Positions 25,170-38,545 are shown, counted from the first letter of the whole stretch. The stretch is 63,625 nt of DNA, filler included, from Chiloscyllium plagiosum (GCF_004010195.1; 4 parts of one record of this genome joined end to end with filler, not necessarily neighbours in it); one strand, 5' to 3'. Notes: a model not told the origin generated them from the letters alone. Numbers and translations: made by a program.

Positions 25170-26530
25170 ATGCTTTACAGACTCAAGGTCTGTTATCAGC
25201 GATGTTCCACAGGGATTGGTGCTGGGGCTACTTCTGTCTGTCATTTATAGAAATGACTTAGATGAGAATATGGAAGGCATGGTTAATAAGTTTGTGGATA
25301 ACAACAAAATTGGTGATATCGTGGACAGTGAGGAAGGTTATCTAAGAGTACACTGGGATCTTGAACAATTTGGTCAATGGGCTGAGGAGAGGCAGATGGA
25401 ATTTGATATTTTTTTTTAAATGTGAGGTCTTTCATTTTAGTAAAACAAACAAGGACAGCACTCATACAATTAACAGTAGGGCCCTGGGTAGTGTTGCTGA
25501 ACAGAGAGATCTAGGGGTTCAGGTGCATAGCTCTTTGACGTTTGTGTCACACGTAGACGGGGTGCTTAAGAAGGCGGTTAGCACATTTGCTTTCATTGCT
25601 CATACCTGAATTATAGAATTCCTACAGTGTGAAAACAGGTTATTCGGCCCAAAGAGTCCATACTGATCCTCCAAACAGCATCCCACCCATCTACCTTGCC
25701 TCTCCCTGCATTTCCCATGGCTAGTGCACCTAACATACACATCCCTGAACATGGTGGGTAATTTACCAGAGCCAATCCACCTAACCTGCACATCTATGGA
25801 CTTCGGCAGGAAATCGGAGCACCCAGATGAAACCCACACAGACACGCGAGAATGTACAACTCCAGACAGTTGCCCAAGGGTGGAATGGAACCCTGGTTCC
25901 TGGCACTGAGAGGTGGTAGTGCTAACCCCTGAGCGAGTTTTGAGTATATGGAGTTGGGATGTCATGTCGAGGTTACCAGGATGTTGGTGAGGCCTCTTCT
26001 GGAGTACTGTACTCAATTCTGGTCATCCTGTTATAGGAAAGATATTTCTAAACTAGAGAGGGCTCAGAAGAGATGTACCAGGATCTCACCAGGAATGGAG
26101 GGTTTGAGTTATAAGCGGAGGCCGGGACATTTTTCACTGGAGTGTAGGAAATTAAGGGATAACCTTATAAAGATTTATAAATTCACAAGGGGTATAGGTA
26201 AGGTGAATGGTAGGTGTCTTTTCCCTGGGTGCGGGATTTCAAGACTGAAGGGTATATTTTTAAGGTGAGAGGAGAAAGACTTAAAATGGACATGAGGGGC
26301 AATTTTATTCTTGAAGCACACTGGCTCGTATGTAGAATGAACTTCTAGAACAAGTGGTGGATGAGAGTACAGTTACAATATTTAAAAAAACTTGAATAAC
26401 TACATGAAGAAGAAATGTCTGGAGGGATATGTGCCATGTGCAGGCAGGTGGGACTAATTTAGTATGGGATTATAGACTGCACGGACTAGTTGGATTGTAG
26501 GGTCTGTTTCCCGACGGTAGGAGTCTATGT
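25170..26530 (+). mobile_element. CR1 LINE 3' half, interrupted by a minus-strand V-SINE (about 25608-25930)
   Basis: RT motifs in ORFs 25216, 25361, 25948; SINE V-domain on the reverse strand. Confidence 0.85.
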
Positions 26531-28261
26531 TGAAATGATTTGGAGAGAAAATGGGAACAGGGCAGTGACTTGGATGATCAGCTACAATTATACTGAATGG
26601 TGGAGCAGGCTAGAAGGACTAAATGCTCCATTTTCTGAGGACAGAGTGAGGGGACGAGGCTGACTGGATTGCTTCAGAAACCAGCTATTGATTCAATGAG
26701 CCAGATGGCCTCCTCCTGCCTGGCATTGCCTCAATGTGATCAGATTCTTTTGTCAATTGCTGTACCTTCATTTTTAAAAAAGTTTATTTGTGGGTGTCAC
26801 TGGCTGCCAGCATTGTCCTCTGGTTATTAACTTGGCTCCCGCTGTAAAAATGTATCCCTATTTACTATGCTAAAATTATACAGAAATATCCTTTTGACCT
26901 TCTCAAGCAAAGGAAAACAAACCCAGCTTTCCCAATCTCACCCTCTAACCAAAGCCCCTCCTCCCTTGCACCATTTCATTCTCTTTTACACCCATACCAA
27001 AGCTTCAATATCGTCTGAACCAACTCCAGTGCCATCACATTGTTCCTCAAGTAACTGGGCACTATTCCAGGTGTGTGCTCACCAACACTGTATTACTGTA
27101 TTAATACATATTACTGTAACAACACTACTTTTATAATCCAGTCTTTTTGCAATAAATGCCAGGATTCCATTTGCCTTTCTTATTCTATACCACACCTGCA
27201 TATTCACTTTCTGCGATTCATGCTCAAAGACATCCAGCTCCCTCTACACTGACGCATTTTGAAACTGCTTCCCATTTAAATAATAATTTGCTCTTTATTT
27301 TTCCAGCCAAAATGGACAACCTCACATTTACCGAGATTAAACTCCACCTGCCAGATTCTGGTCCATTTTCCCAGCCTGTCAATATCCATCTTTAAACTCT
27401 TTATCTCCTCATCACAGCCTGCTTCCCCACCCAGTTTGGTATCAGGTACTTTAGTATGCCTACTTAGTATTTTGTCTAAGGCTTTAGAGTCCCTCTGGAT
27501 GCCTGATGCTCAAGATTAGACAACTCCACAACTGTGGCTCCTTTTAATGTATGAGGAGCAGTTCAATCGCTTGGGCTTGTACTCACCGGAGTTCAGAAGA
27601 ATGAGGGGATGGATCTGATTGAGGGATTTAAAATGCTGAAGGGGATTGATAAGGTGGACATTCAACAGATGTTCCCCCTTGTGGGACAATCTTAAACAAG
27701 AGCTCATAGATAAGGAGTGAGAGGAGGTAGGTCCAAAACTGGGATGAGAAGAAACTACTTTGCTCAAAGGGTTGTGAATCTGTGGAACTCACTGCCCCAG
27801 AGTGCAGTGGAGGCAGAATCAAATCAACAGACTCAACAAAGAAATGGACATGTTTCTGATGAAAAGTGGGATAAAGGTTATGGGGAGCAGGCAAGAACGT
27901 AGGGTGGAGACCAAAGTAAGATCAACCATGATCATGTTAAAGGGCCGAGCGGACTCAAAGGGCTAAATTGTCTACTCTTTCTCCTAATTCCTATGCTCCA
28001 ACAAGGTGCAGACCTGATTGATACCTGCCCCCACCCGCCCACCCAATCACAACATTCCTTTCCCCCCACCACAGCAGACCACCCCTTCCCATCATGCCCT
28101 GCAGATCCCCCATTCCCTGCCAAACCTCTCAGTCCCCGCCAAACCTCTCAGTCCCCATCTCAGTGAACTCCCTGCCGCCCCCACCCCACACACTGGGTCT
28201 TCACCTCTCCCCCCTGCAGCACAGCGTTTCAGCCTGCCCTCCATCAGTGACAGCCCTTTAC

Positions 28262-28343
28262 CTTTCTGGATCCGTGTTGACTCCAATGACAGGTTTGATC
28301 TGCCCAAACACTTTGCTGGCTGACAGCAGCATGGTGCCATCCC
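28262..28343 (-). CDS. NADK2: NADK2 exon 4
   Basis: gtgcag|GG...AG|gtaaag; 82 bp; (G)DGTMLLSASKVFGQIKPVIGVNTDPE(R). Confidence 0.96.
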
Positions 28344-29663
28344 CTGCACAGAATCAGACAGATCACAGTCAGCTCAATCACACACAGGCCCTTTAGCCTT
28401 CATGGGGGGAGCTTCTCCTACTCTAACTTCTCCCCTCACTCCCTCTCCTCCCTCTCTCACGTGGGGCTGGTTCACATGTCCCTCCTTTGGGCAGACCACC
28501 CATCTCCCTCAGTCCTAGGCTTCCTTGAGTTAATAACTGTCACTGCTCCATGACCTTAACAACTCCACTGCAACAGCACTTTGTTCCTAATCCCATGCTG
28601 TCCCTGCCCTAGGAGTATCTGATACAGACAGTGGGTAAGAATTTTCCTTTCAGTTTAAAAGTGCAGGCAGTTTACTCAGTACCTAACCCCATGCTGGTCC
28701 TGTCCTGGGAGTGTTTAATGGGTACAGTGTACAAAGAACTTTGCATTCAGTTTAAGAGTACAGAGAGCTTTAATGTAAATATATAAATAAAGACAAGGCC
28801 ACTCTGCCCCTTGAGTCTGCTCTGCTCTTTATAAGATCATTGCTGGTCTGATTGTAACCTCAATGCACAGTCCCACTTATACCTGATAACCGTCACCCAC
28901 TTGTGGAGCACGAAGCTATTCACGACTGCCTTAAAAATATTCAATAACATACCATCCATCATCTTTCCAGGAAAACAATTTCTGTAAAAAAAGGTTTTGC
29001 CTCATTTGTGTATGAAATGGGTAACCTCTGATTTTTTTAAAAAATCAGTGCCCCCCTTGTTGTCGATTTCCTCCCGAGAGGAACCACTTGAAGGAGCAGT
29101 GCTCCAAAAGCTAGTGCTTCCAATTAAACCTGTTGGACTATAACCTGGTGTGGTGTGACTTTTAACTTTGTACACCCCAGTCCAACACCGGCATCTCCAA
29201 ATCATGACTCCCAAGACAAAACATCCTCACCTCATCCACCTGGTCACCACCCCCCCAGGTTCTCATGCATTTCCATCGTTCTGCCTCCATCGCCTCTTAG
29301 GAGGAGTTGAGGGCAATAGGGATCTGGTACAAAAGAGTTGAGGCCTGGGACAGATCAGCTTTGATCTTACAGAATGGCACGGCAAGCAATGGCCTACCTG
29401 CTCCTACTTCTTTTTTCTTACTGTTCTGAACTCCAGCAGATACAAGCCTAGCCCATCTGATATTTCCCCAAACTTGCCCATTCCAGGTACAGTCCAGTCA
29501 ACTTTCTCATGTCTTCTTAAGAAGTTCCTCAAATAGCTCCCAGCAAAGGAGGGTAGGGAAAGAAGAGAGTTTGCAAAGCAGCAGTGACAAAGCTCTCCAT
29601 AACACATCTCCTGAGGAGCCAGCCCCAATCACACACTGCAAACTGGAATGTCGCTGCTATTAC

Positions 29664-29752
29664 CTCCAGCAGATACGATGGCATCAGCCCATTGCACGAT
29701 TTCCTCAGTGTAATCTCTGCGCTTCACCAGACGAACCTCGATTCCTTCCTTA
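29664..29752 (-). CDS. NADK2: NADK2 exon 3
   Basis: tttttcag|T...G|gtaata; 89 bp; KEGIEVRLVKRRDYTEEIVQWADAIVSAG(G), start of the GGDG NAD-kinase motif. Confidence 0.96.
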
Positions 29753-30139
29753 CTGAAAAAAGGAGAGCAACACAACAGAGGGTTAGCCCCACATCATTTC
29801 CTGTAGCCATACTGAACTCACGCCAACTTTCGTCAACAATGCTGTTAGACAGTAAGAACCCATGATGATAGAAGGCACTCAGTCCACACTGCCTTATTAC
29901 ACAGCAATGCTGTCAGTCGCACTGACCCAGTTTGTCTCTGCAAATTTCTGTGAAGTTTTGTTTAAATTTTTGTGAAGCCACGATGTCAGTGAATGCCTGA
30001 GGGGCTCAATGGCCTACTGCTGTTCCTCTATAGAAAAAGCAGGAGAAATCCTGAAGAAGAGCTTATGCCCGAAACATCGATTCTCCTGTTCCTTTGATGC
30101 TACCTGACCTGCTGCGCTTTTCCAGCAACACATTTTTAA

Positions 30140-32820
30140 GCTTAGAAGTCCAACCCAGCCAATCACTGCACCATCAGTCTACTCTCGATCCTCAGTAACA
30201 TGATGGACACCCAGTTTGGGTTCCCCCCGGGTCACTCAGCTCCTGACCTCATTCCAGCCTTGGGTCAAACATGGACAGAAGAGCTGAATTCCAGAGGGGA
30301 GGGGAGAGGGACAGCCTTTGACATCAAGGCTGCATTTTGACTCAGTGTGGCATCAAGGAGCCCTGGCTTTCTCTTGTTGATGACAATCATTGTCTTTGTA
30401 TGGTCAGAACGTTACCTGCCCACTCGATATTCATTTGTGAGATATGGGTGTCACATATTACCCATTCCTAGTTGCCCCTTAAGAGGGTGGGGGTGAGCTG
30501 CCCACTTGAACTGCTGGAGTCCATGTGCTGTAGGTAGACCCACAATGTCCCTTAGGGAGGAAATTCTAGGATTTTGACCCAGCGACACTGAAGGAATGGC
30601 AATATATTTCCAAGTCAGGGGTAGTGTTTCCATGTATCTGATGTCCTTGTCCTTCTAGATGGAAGTGGTTGTGGATTTGGAAGGTGCTGCCTGAGGATCT
30701 TGGGTTAATGACTGCATCGCATCTTGTAGATAGTAAACACTGCTGCTACTGAGCGTTCGAGGTGGAGGGAGTGGATGTTTGTGGATGTGGTACCAATCAA
30801 ACGGTACCTGGATGGTATCAAGCTTCTTGAGTGTTAATGAGGCTGCACTCATCCAGGCAAGTGGGGAGTATTCCATCACACTCCTGGCTTATGCCTTGCA
30901 GATAGTGGATAGACTTTGAGGAGTCAGGAGGGGAGTGTCTGGTTAATGATAATCCCCAGGATCTTCATAATGGGGGATTCAGTGATGGTAACACCATTGA
31001 ATGTCAAGGGGTGGTGATTAGATTGTCCCTTAATGGAAATGGATTGAGCCTCACATTGGTGTGGCACAAATGTTACTTGTCACTTGTTAGCGCAAGCCTG
31101 GATATTGTCTAGGTCTTGTTTCATTTAACATGGATTGCTTCAGTATCTGAGGAGTTACAAACGGTACTGAACATTGCACAATCCATCAGGGAACATCCCC
31201 ATTTCTGACTTTATGATGGAGCAAAGGTCATTGATGAAGCAGCTGAAGATGGTTGGGCCGAGGACACTACCCTGAGGAACTCCTGCAGAGTTATCCTGGA
31301 GCTGAGCTGACTGACATCCATCAACCATGACCATCTCCCTATGTGTCAGGTATGACTCGAACCAATGGACAGTTTGGCCCCGATACCCATGATTCAAGCA
31401 CTGCTGATGACACTTTTCATCACTTTACTGATGATCGAAAGTAGACTGATGGGGCGGTAATTAGCCAGGTTGGATTTGCTTTTTATGTACAGGACATACC
31501 TGGCAAGTTTTCTACATTGTCAGGTAGACGCCAATGCTGTAACTGTAACAGAACAGCTTGGCTAAGGGAGCAGCAAGTTCTGAAGCACAAGTTTTAAGTA
31601 CTACTGTCAAAGGTTGTAGTGTCTTCAATTGTTTCTTCCTATCACATGGAGTGAATCAAATTGGCTGAAGACTGGTTTTGGTGATGCTCGGGACCACTGG
31701 AGGAGCCCGAGATGGATCATCCACTCGATACTTCTGGCTGAAGATTGCAGCAAAAGCTCCAGCCTTATCTTTTGCCCTGATGTGCTGGGCTCTTCTATCA
31801 TTTTTGTGAAGTTTCCACCTCTGCCTGCAATGAGCTGTTTAATTGTCCACCATCATTCATAACTGTATGTGGCAAGACTGCAGAGTGTAGATCTGATTCA
31901 TTGGTTGTGCAATTGTTTAGCTCCATCTATCACTTGCTGCTTATGCTGTTTGGCATTCAAGTAGTCCTCATTCCTGATAAAGGGCTTTTGCCTGAAAGGT
32001 CGGTTTTCCTGCTCGACCTGCTGTGCTTTTCCAGCACCACACTCTCAACACTAGTCTCCAGCATCTGCAGTCCTCACCTTGTCCTAGTTTATTTTAACCT
32101 CACTGCGAAGCCTCTTCCAAGGATGCCTACCCTGAAGACGTTTTCCTCCTCTTTCTACAAGGATCTCAGTGAGTTTCTCTGTCACTGCACCCCCCAGGAG
32201 ATCATCTCCTCTGCTCTGAAGCTCTTCAGCCACATCCTGAAATAGACTCATTACTCTCAGCTACCTTTCCCTCAGACCCAGCCCCCTCCCATTTATATCT
32301 CACCACCGCCTCGGCTCTTAGCCTCACTCCTGATGAAGGGCTCTTGCCCAAAATGTTGACTCTCCTGCTCCTCGGATGCTGCCTGACCTGCTGTGCTTTT
32401 CCAGCCCCACACTCTCGACTCTGATCTCCAGCATCTGCAGTTTTCACTTTCATCTATGCAAGTTGTCCTGTTTGATAGCTTGACCAGGCTGACATCTCAT
32501 TGTGCGGTATGTCTGTTGCTACCGGAATGTTGTCAGGGTCCATCGCCTTTGCAGTATTCTGTGCCTCCAACTGTTTCTTGATCTCATGTGGAGTGAATTG
32601 AATTGACTGAAGACTGGTATCAGTGATGCTGGGGACCACTGGAGAAGGCCAAGGAGGCAGAGCTCAGATCTGATCTGCTGGTGTTGAATCAGTTGCTGCT
32701 TATGCTCATGGTCGTACGCTATTTGGCTTACAAATCGCCCTGTTTGGTGCTTCACTCAGTTGACACTTTATTGTTAGGTATGCCTGGTGCTGCTCATTGC
32801 ATATCCTCCTGCACTCTCCA
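30140..32820 (-). mobile_element. Degenerate CR1/L2-group LINE cluster with PLE family A insertions (about 31970-32455)
   Basis: AGVPQGSVLGPTIFSCFINDL (31155 ORF), MEYSPLAWMSA; family A termini. Confidence 0.8.
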
Positions 32821-33819
32821 CTGGACTTTCAAAGACTCTGTCACACCTTCCAAGCTGTGCAAAACCCCTACCTGCAATGTTTTTTGAGGAACCATTCAAC
32901 ATGGTGTTAATGGATTGTGTAGGATGACCATCCAACACAACACAGTTATTAGTAAATCCTTTCCAATCTGTAAATGTTTACCCATTTCCCAGAGGCTGTT
33001 CCTAAGATTCCTATCCAACAAAACAGCAGTGAGGAACTTTGTCCAATTCTCCCCCATTTGCTCTTCTCACTCAGGCCTGCAGTCATTTCATTTCTGGAAT
33101 ATTCCAGAACATCTCAGGTCCACCTGAATGTGACCCAAGTGAAGTCCTCCGCCAGACTGACAGAGGGCCACATCCAACAGCTCCTCAAAGCTTTGCACTG
33201 ATTCCTGACAAGTTAATGCACTAACCAGACCACTGTCTCCTTCCTCATATCTTGGCTGGAAGATTGCATTGATAAGACTCCATAAACGCCCTATATTACC
33301 GAGATAGATTTATTCAAAGGATCCTGGCTTGTTCCTATTCCCTTTGTCCCTTTCCGACCTTCACAACTCCAGACAGATTATACCAGTGTCAAATCATACG
33401 GACTGGCATTGAGTGCCTGGCCATCGTTCCAAGAAAGTCTTGGCAGGATTCTCCCATTGTATAGTATTCCACCTGGTGGGAAGTGAGAAGTCACTTGAGG
33501 GAACTGGTAGCTCCAGATACCCCAAACACAGGAGTTATTAATTAAACTCTGATGAATGTTTACATTTTCTTCTTAGTTATGACTTCTGTCATTAATCTCA
33601 GTGCCGTGGTATGGCCTCCTATATAACCTTTTGCTTTGTATTGTAAAAATAAACATGACAATAAACTGCGATTCTATTCTGAAAGGACATTCAGCTGACC
33701 TGCGCTCTATCTCGGACAGCTAACCCAGTAAGATGCAAGTGACCTCTCTAGGACACACGGTGAATCAAGGATATATACAGCCCAGAGGATAGAAGCAGCA
33801 GCAGATGTTTTTTGGGGTG

Positions 33820-34095
33820 AGGCACGGTGATAGTGGTGGTGGCATTGTAGTATTATTGCTAGACTATTAACCCAGAGACCCCAGTTCAAATGCCTTCATG
33901 GCAGATGGTGGAATTTAAATTCAATAATAATCGGGAAATAAGTTTAATGATGACCGTGAAACCATTTCCAATTGTCAGGAAAAACCCAGCTGGTTCACTG
34001 ATGTCCTTAAGGGAGTGAAAACAGCCATCTTTATCTGGTCTGGCTGAAATGGGACTCCAGACCCACAGCGATGTAGCTGACTCTTAACTGCCCCA
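33820..34095 (+). mobile_element. tRNA-derived SINE (second family; related partial copy at about 55510-55740)
   Basis: GTTCAAATGCC B-box-like motif; body AAAACCCA.CTGGTTCACT.ATGTCCTT..GACTCTTAAC shared with the 55.5-kb copy. Confidence 0.6.
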
Positions 34096-35232
34096 TAATC
34101 AATGACCCACTTCCTCAAAACTCTGGGGAAGAGATTTCAATGAATACCTGACAGTGAAAAAAAAGTCTCCTCATCTTTGTATTAAATGACAGATCACTTT
34201 TTCAAACTATGCCCCTTAGTTTTTATCTTTCTCTTAGCAGCTAGCCTGCCTACACCCATCTTTCACTTCCCTTTTATGGTAACTCAGGAAGCCTGAAAGG
34301 AAAGGAATATGGTACTCCACTTCAACAATAGACAAAGTCCCAGCGCGGGACAGACAGTTCTATAGATATATCCCAGGGTCTGCATTATTTTTCAGTCCAC
34401 CTCTGGGGCAGGTGGCACTTGAAACTCAAACCTCCTAGCTCAGCGATAGAGACACTACCACTGTGCCACAACAGCCTTTCTGGATTTTTCTTTGGAAAAG
34501 TATACTCAGATTTGCTATCACACACGACTGAGTGACCTTCCCACCACCAAAATCACCTTGATTCTTTTGTTAGGTTTTTCTAAACACTAACCACTACCAG
34601 TAATCACTTGCGTAACCAATTAATTATTTACAACCGAAGCCCATTATGGGCAATGCAAACCATCAAAAGGGAGGTGGAGGGAGAACAGGAAGGCACTAAA
34701 TCAAAATAGAATTGAAGGTTGACTGGGTCTGGTTTTATTCCCTTTTTAAAGCCACTAGGATGGCAGCTCAACTGTTCTGCGCATTCTTTGTCTTTTTTGC
34801 TTTCTCCCTTCTGTAGTTTTCTCGGATTCTCGATCTTGGACACCTAGCTCCGGTCTCCGATTCCCAGCCTCTGAAGTAGGGACACCAACAATCAGCATCC
34901 CGGTGTGGAGGGTGGCAGCAGCCAGTGGTCAGACTCTGTGAAGGCCCCATGCACTGGTCTGTTGCACTGAGCCCTGGGAAAGAGACTGCGAGGTTTGTCT
35001 TTATAACTTTGCTGCTTCTTTTTCTGACCTATGGTCATTCTGTGTATAGCTGTAATGTCACATTTTTTCTTCATTTCTCTATTCTGTAACTAAGGATTGT
35101 ACCTAGATACCTTTGTACCTAAGATGGTGCTGCAAGTGGCAACTTATGAACTTTTCACTGGACTCATTTGAGTACATTTTGACAATAAAACTAATTCAAT
35201 TCAAGTGTTATAACACACAGGGCAGAAGTAGG

Positions 35233-35387
35233 TACTGCAGATCTGAGTCAAGATTAGAGTGGTGCTGGAAAAGCACAGCAAGTCAGGCAGCATCCTGCTG
35301 AAGGGCTTTTGCACTAAACGTCGATTTTCCTGCTCCTCGGATGCTGCATGACATGCTGTGCTTTTCCAGCATCACTTTAATCTTGAC
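35233..35387. mobile_element. PLE family A fold-back
   Basis: Inverted arms; flanking near-duplication TGTTAT(A/C)ACACACA. Confidence 0.75.
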
Positions 35388-35519
35388 TGTTATCACACAC
35401 AACTGAGCAACCTTTCCACCAGCAAAATCACAGTAACTGTTTTTCCTTTATAAACACTAACCACCACCAATAAAAACACTTGTTTAGCCAATTCAATATT
35501 TACAGCAAAGCCCATTAAG

Positions 35520-36237
35520 TTGTTGTGGTTCTGTTCGCCGAGCTGAGAATTTGTGTTGCAGACGTTTCGTCCCCTGTCTAGGTGACATCCTCAGTGCTTG
35601 GGAGCCTCCTGTGAAGCGCTTCTGTGATCTTTCCTCCAGCATTTATAGTGGTTTGAATCTGCCGCTTCCGGTTGTCAGTTCCAGCTGTCCGCTGCAGTGG
35701 TCGGTATATTGGGTCCAGATCGATGTGCTTATTGATTGAATCTGTGGATGAGTGCCATGCCTCTAGGAACTCCCTGGCTGTTCTCTGTTTGGCTTGTCCT
35801 ATAATGGTAGAGCTGTCCCAGTCGAATTCATGTTGCTTGTCATCTGCGTGTGTGGCTACTAGGGATAGCTGGTCGTGTCGTTTCGTGGCTAGTTGGTGTT
35901 TATGGATGTGAATCATTAGCTGTCTTCCTGTTTGTCCTATATAGTGTTTTGTGCAGTCCTTGCATGGGAGTTTATACACTACATTAGCTTTGCTCATGCT
36001 GGGTATCGGGTCCTTCGTTCTGGTGAGTTGTTGTCTGAGAGTGGCTGTTGGTTTGTGTGCTGTTATGAGTCCTAGTGGTCGCAGTAGTCTGGCTGTCAGT
36101 TCGGAAATGCTCTTGATGTATGGTGTACTGCAGTGTGTTGTGGCCCTTTTGAATAGTGTCTTGATGCAACTTCTTTTGTGTGTGTTGGGGTGGTTGCTTT
36201 CGTAGTTTACTACGAAAATATGAAAGTAATCATTAAG
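35520..36237 (-). mobile_element. PLE family C (Poseidon-like) 3' fragment with GIY-YIG endonuclease and hammerhead
   Basis: VVYKLPCKDC..HYIGQTGR..REFLEAWHS..INKH; internal deletion after HCST; hammerhead core at 35561-35594; TSD AAAGCCCATTAAG at 35507-35519 and 36238-36250. Confidence 0.92.
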
Positions 36238-36250
36238 AAAGCCCATTAAG

Positions 36251-36890
36251 ACCATAAGACATAGGAGTGGAAATAAGGCCATTCGGCCCATCGAGTCCAC
36301 TCTGCCATTCAATCATGGCTGATGGGCATTTCAACTACACTTACCTGCACTCTCCCCATTCCCCATAATTCCTTGCGAGATTAAGAATTTATCAATCTCT
36401 GCCTTTTAACAATTTAATGTCCCGGCCTCCACTGCGTTCCGTGGCAATGAATTCCACAGGCCCATCACTCTCTGTCTGAAGAAGTGTCTCATTTCTGTGT
36501 GAATTGACCCCCTCTAATTTCAAGGCTGTGCCCATGGGTCCTCGTCTCCCTGTCTGAAGGAAACAATTTCCCAGTGTCCACCCTTTCTAAGCCATGCATA
36601 ATCTTGTAAGTTTCTATTAGATCTCCCCTCAACCTTCTAAACTCTAATGAATACAATCCCAAGATCCTCAGCAGTTAGACCTACCATTCCAGGGATCATC
36701 TGTGTGAATCTCCACTGGACACGCTCCAGTGCCAGTATGTCCTTCCTGAGGTGTGGGACCAAAACTGGACACAGTATTCTAAATGGGACCTAACCAGAGC
36801 TTTATAAAGTTTCTATAGCACATTGCTGCTTTTACATGCCAACTCTCTTGAGATAAATGACATTACATTTGCTTTCCTAACCACGGACTC
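36251..36890 (-). mobile_element. CR1 3' fragment
   Basis: [18 protein letters not shown] on minus; CR1 tail. Confidence 0.8.
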
Positions 36891-37579
36891 AATGCAAACC
36901 TTCAAAAGTGAGGGGTGTAGGGAGAGAGGCTAGGGACTAAATCAAAATGGAGTTGGGGTCTGCTTTATTTATTTCTTTTCTAATCAATCTGTTCAGAGAT
37001 GTTATTACACACTTCCCAGAGCAGATGGGACTTGAACCCAGGCCCCTGGCTCAGTAATAGGGTCACTATTACTTTCTCATTAGGCTGATGGTGAGTTTAA
37101 CATGAGGATCATCAGCAGAGGGCAGACTGAGAAGGTGAGGGTTTTCACAAAGGTCTCAGCTGATCCAGGGATTTGCTAAATAGTTTTTGATTTGCTGACT
37201 TTCACTTATTAAACTGTGATTTTTCAAATTATGACTAATTTTGATAATCTTTCAATAGGTTTCCTGAGCACCGAAATTAGGCTGATTGTCTTTAGATGTC
37301 AGGCTTATCCCCCTTTCCATGCTGCACATCTCTCCCCATTTTTGAACAATCCGATGTTATAGAACACAGGCCCTTCAGCCCTTGATGTTATGCTGACGTT
37401 TTATCCTATTTAAAGTTTCCAACAATTAACACTTTACAATATCACATGAGGTTTGGAAGATTTCTGCCGAAACATCAATTTTCCTGCTCCTCGGATGCTG
37501 CCTGAACTGCTGTGTTTTTCCAGCATCACTCTAATCCAGAATCTACACAATCTCCACATGGGAAGAAATTGCTCCTTAC

Positions 37580-37668
37580 TGTAGAGTGTCCACCACATGC
37601 TGGACGTTGGCACTGTGAACAGTGTGTCGCTCCAGTAACCCATTGTAACTGGATCCTTTTGTAGCAAG
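37580..37668 (-). CDS. NADK2: NADK2 exon 2
   Basis: gtttgcag|CTT...CA|gtaagg; 89 bp; LATKGSSYNGLLERHTVHSANVQHVVDTL(H). Confidence 0.95.
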
Positions 37669-37770
37669 CTGCAAACAAACACAATGGAGCTGCATTAGAC
37701 TGGGCAGCGAGAGGCATGAAATACAGCAACAAAAGGAGATATACCCCAAAACAAGCATGTACATGGAACA

Positions 37771-37997
37771 AAGCTGAAAATGTGTTGCTGGAAAAGCGCA
37801 GCAGGTCAGGCAGCATCAAGGGAACAGGAGAATCGACGTTTCGGGCATAAGCCCTTCTTCAGGAATTAGGGCTGAAGAAGGGCTTATGCCCGAAACGTTG
37901 ATTCTCCTGCTCCTTGGATGCTGCCTGACCTGCTGCGCTTTTCCAGCAACACATTTTCAGCTCTGATCTCCAGCATCTGCAGACCTCACTTTCTCCC
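37771..37997. mobile_element. Young PLE family A fold-back in NADK2 intron 1
   Basis: About 90-bp near-perfect inverted arms; perfect 15-bp TSD CATGTACATGGAACA at 37756-37770 and 37998-38012. Confidence 0.92.
37835..37862 (-). ncRNA. Putative minimal hammerhead ribozyme core
   Basis: Minus strand CUGAAGA-A-GGGC-UUAU-GCCC-GAAAC-GUC: both conserved boxes, stem II, palindromic ACGU and a GUC triplet. Confidence 0.7.
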
Positions 37998-38545
37998 CAT
38001 GTACATGGAACAGAACAGATAGGCTGTGCGAGAATGTGAGGCTAATGAAAATACTGAGGTATTAGCCACAATTACAATTGTTCATGCACACATCCTGCTG
38101 CAGGGACAGATTATTGGATAAAGTAATCAGACAGCCTAGATTCAACTGAACACACTGCATCCTGACAATATCCTCAAAACATACTGAAAGCTCCTGGTTA
38201 TGAACATATGAAATAGGAGCACAAGTAAATCATGACACCCCACTCCATCCCCAAGTATGCTCCTCCATTCAGTAAAGCATGGTCCATCTGTTTGTGTTTC
38301 AAGTTCCACATTCACATCTAACCCCGGTCCTCCCCAATACCCTGCCGAAAATCGATCCACTTCTCGTGAAAGATATTCACACACACCCCTCAACCCACCC
38401 TCTCCCCATCACCCCCCCCCCCCCCCAGGACCCCCTCCCCCCGGACCCCCCCNNNNNNNNNNNNNNNNNNNNNNNNNNNNNNNNNNNNNNNNNNNNNNNN
38501 NNNNNNNNNNNNNNNNNNNNNNNNNNNNNNNNNNNNNNNNNNNNN

